A stretch of 64,000 nucleotides of DNA from Mobula hypostoma (lineage: Eukaryota): the NCBI RefSeq assembly GCF_963921235.1, contig NC_086118.1, positions 26,972,001 through 27,036,000 on the forward strand, given 5' to 3'. The position numbers were made by a program, and so were the translations under genes. How positions within the stretch are numbered: position 1 is the first letter of the stretch; the number at the start of each line of letters is the position of its first letter. Positions 63,035 to 64,000 of this stretch are shown here, piece by piece. The notes under the pieces were generated by a model, which was not told where the DNA came from, did not search any database, and saw only the letters and a program-made list of their open reading frames with translations.

Positions 63035-64000
63035 TTTGCATGTTCCGAGCTGTGGGGATGCCAGCCAGGATAGTTGAATGTTCCTCATGGGGGATGTGGT
63101 AAGGCAGGGGGACCTCCAGTGTCTCTTTGCGGCTACAACTGCAAGAAGTATATTCAGCTGTAGCTTCTAACAATCTGCATTAGGGAGTTGGAGCTGGAAC
63201 TGGATGAACACCGGATCATTCAGGAGGCTGAGGGGGTGATAAACGGGACATATAGAGATGTAGTTACACCCAGTGTGCAGGGCACAAGAAACTGGGTGAC
63301 AGTAAGGAGGGTGAAAGGAGTCAAAACAGCCAGTGTAGCGAACCCCTGTGGCCATCCCCCTCAACACCAGGTATATTACTCTGGATTCTGTTGGGGGTGG
63401 GGCAGGGGGTATGATGGTATGTTGCCTCCTGGTTGCCAGGGTCTGGGACACCTCAGATTGAGTCCTCAGCATTCTTAGTTTGGAAGTCATGGTCCATGTA
63501 GGTACCAATGATATAGGTAGGAAGAGGGACGAGGTTTGGCAAGTGAGTTCAGAGATTTAGGTGCTAAGTTAAAGGACAGGACCTCCAATGTTGTGATCTC
63601 AGGATTGCTACCTGTGCCATGTGCTACTGAGGTCAGAATTAAGAAGATCATACAGTTTAACATATGGCTAAGGAGATGGTGTAGGAGGGAGGGCTTCAGA
63701 TTTTTGAATTATTGGCCTCTCTTCCAGGGAAGGTGGGACTTGTGTAGAAGAGATGGTCTGCACCTAAACCGGAAGGGTACCAATATCATAATGGGAAGGT
63801 TTGCTAATACTGCCCAGGGGTGGAGGGGGGGGGGAGGGGTGCAGGTTTAAACTGGAGCTGCAAGTGGATGGGAGCTAGAGTGTCAGAACAGATAGTGGAG
63901 TGAGTGGTTGTGGAGACAGATGTTGTTGAGACTTCAGACAAAGTCAGAAATCAAAAGGTTGAGCATAGTGGGACTAATGTTCTGCGTTACGTTTATTTCA
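63035..64000 (+). mobile_element. CR1 LINE 5' part: ORF1 (SGNH esterase-like), running off the window
   Basis: VMVHVGTNDIGR, VVISGLLPVP, WCRREGFRFLNYW...DGLHLNRKGT; frameshifted; ORF2-start-like LRYVYF at window end. Confidence 0.85.

Overview
Eukaryotic vertebrate DNA, AT-rich and repeat-dense. The repeat repertoire (CR1, Rex1/Babar-type LINEs, Penelope-like elements, V-SINEs) suggests a cartilaginous fish, probably a ray; that assignment is inference. The only host gene I can support is the 3' part of OGFOD3 on the + strand. It has six GT-AG coding exons (2805-2847, 11164-11228, 12707-12763, 19289-19442, 36036-36159, 59634-59770) that splice in frame to a stop and retain the 2OG-Fe(II) HxD...H...R residues; the 5' exons lie upstream of the window. 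The introns hold decayed CR1, Rex1/Babar, L2, RTE and L1-type LINE pieces, tRNA-derived and RTE-type SINEs, a probable solo LTR, a frameshifted hAT (Buster/Charlie) transposase with an 80-bp hAT MITE elsewhere, and many Penelope-like elements. Most notable: (1) minimal type-I hammerhead ribozyme cores in the Penelope repeats, two of them sense within the OGFOD3 pre-mRNA and one in the loop of a 219-bp foldback insertion with a 14-bp TSD; (2) an unexplained GC-richer island at about 49.0-51.3 kb with an inverted-duplicated, exon-like 90-mer and a decayed frame spaced like the growth hormone/prolactin helix D; (3) two SINEs with the same tRNA-Arg-like head but different tails. Repeat boundaries are approximate unless a TSD is given.
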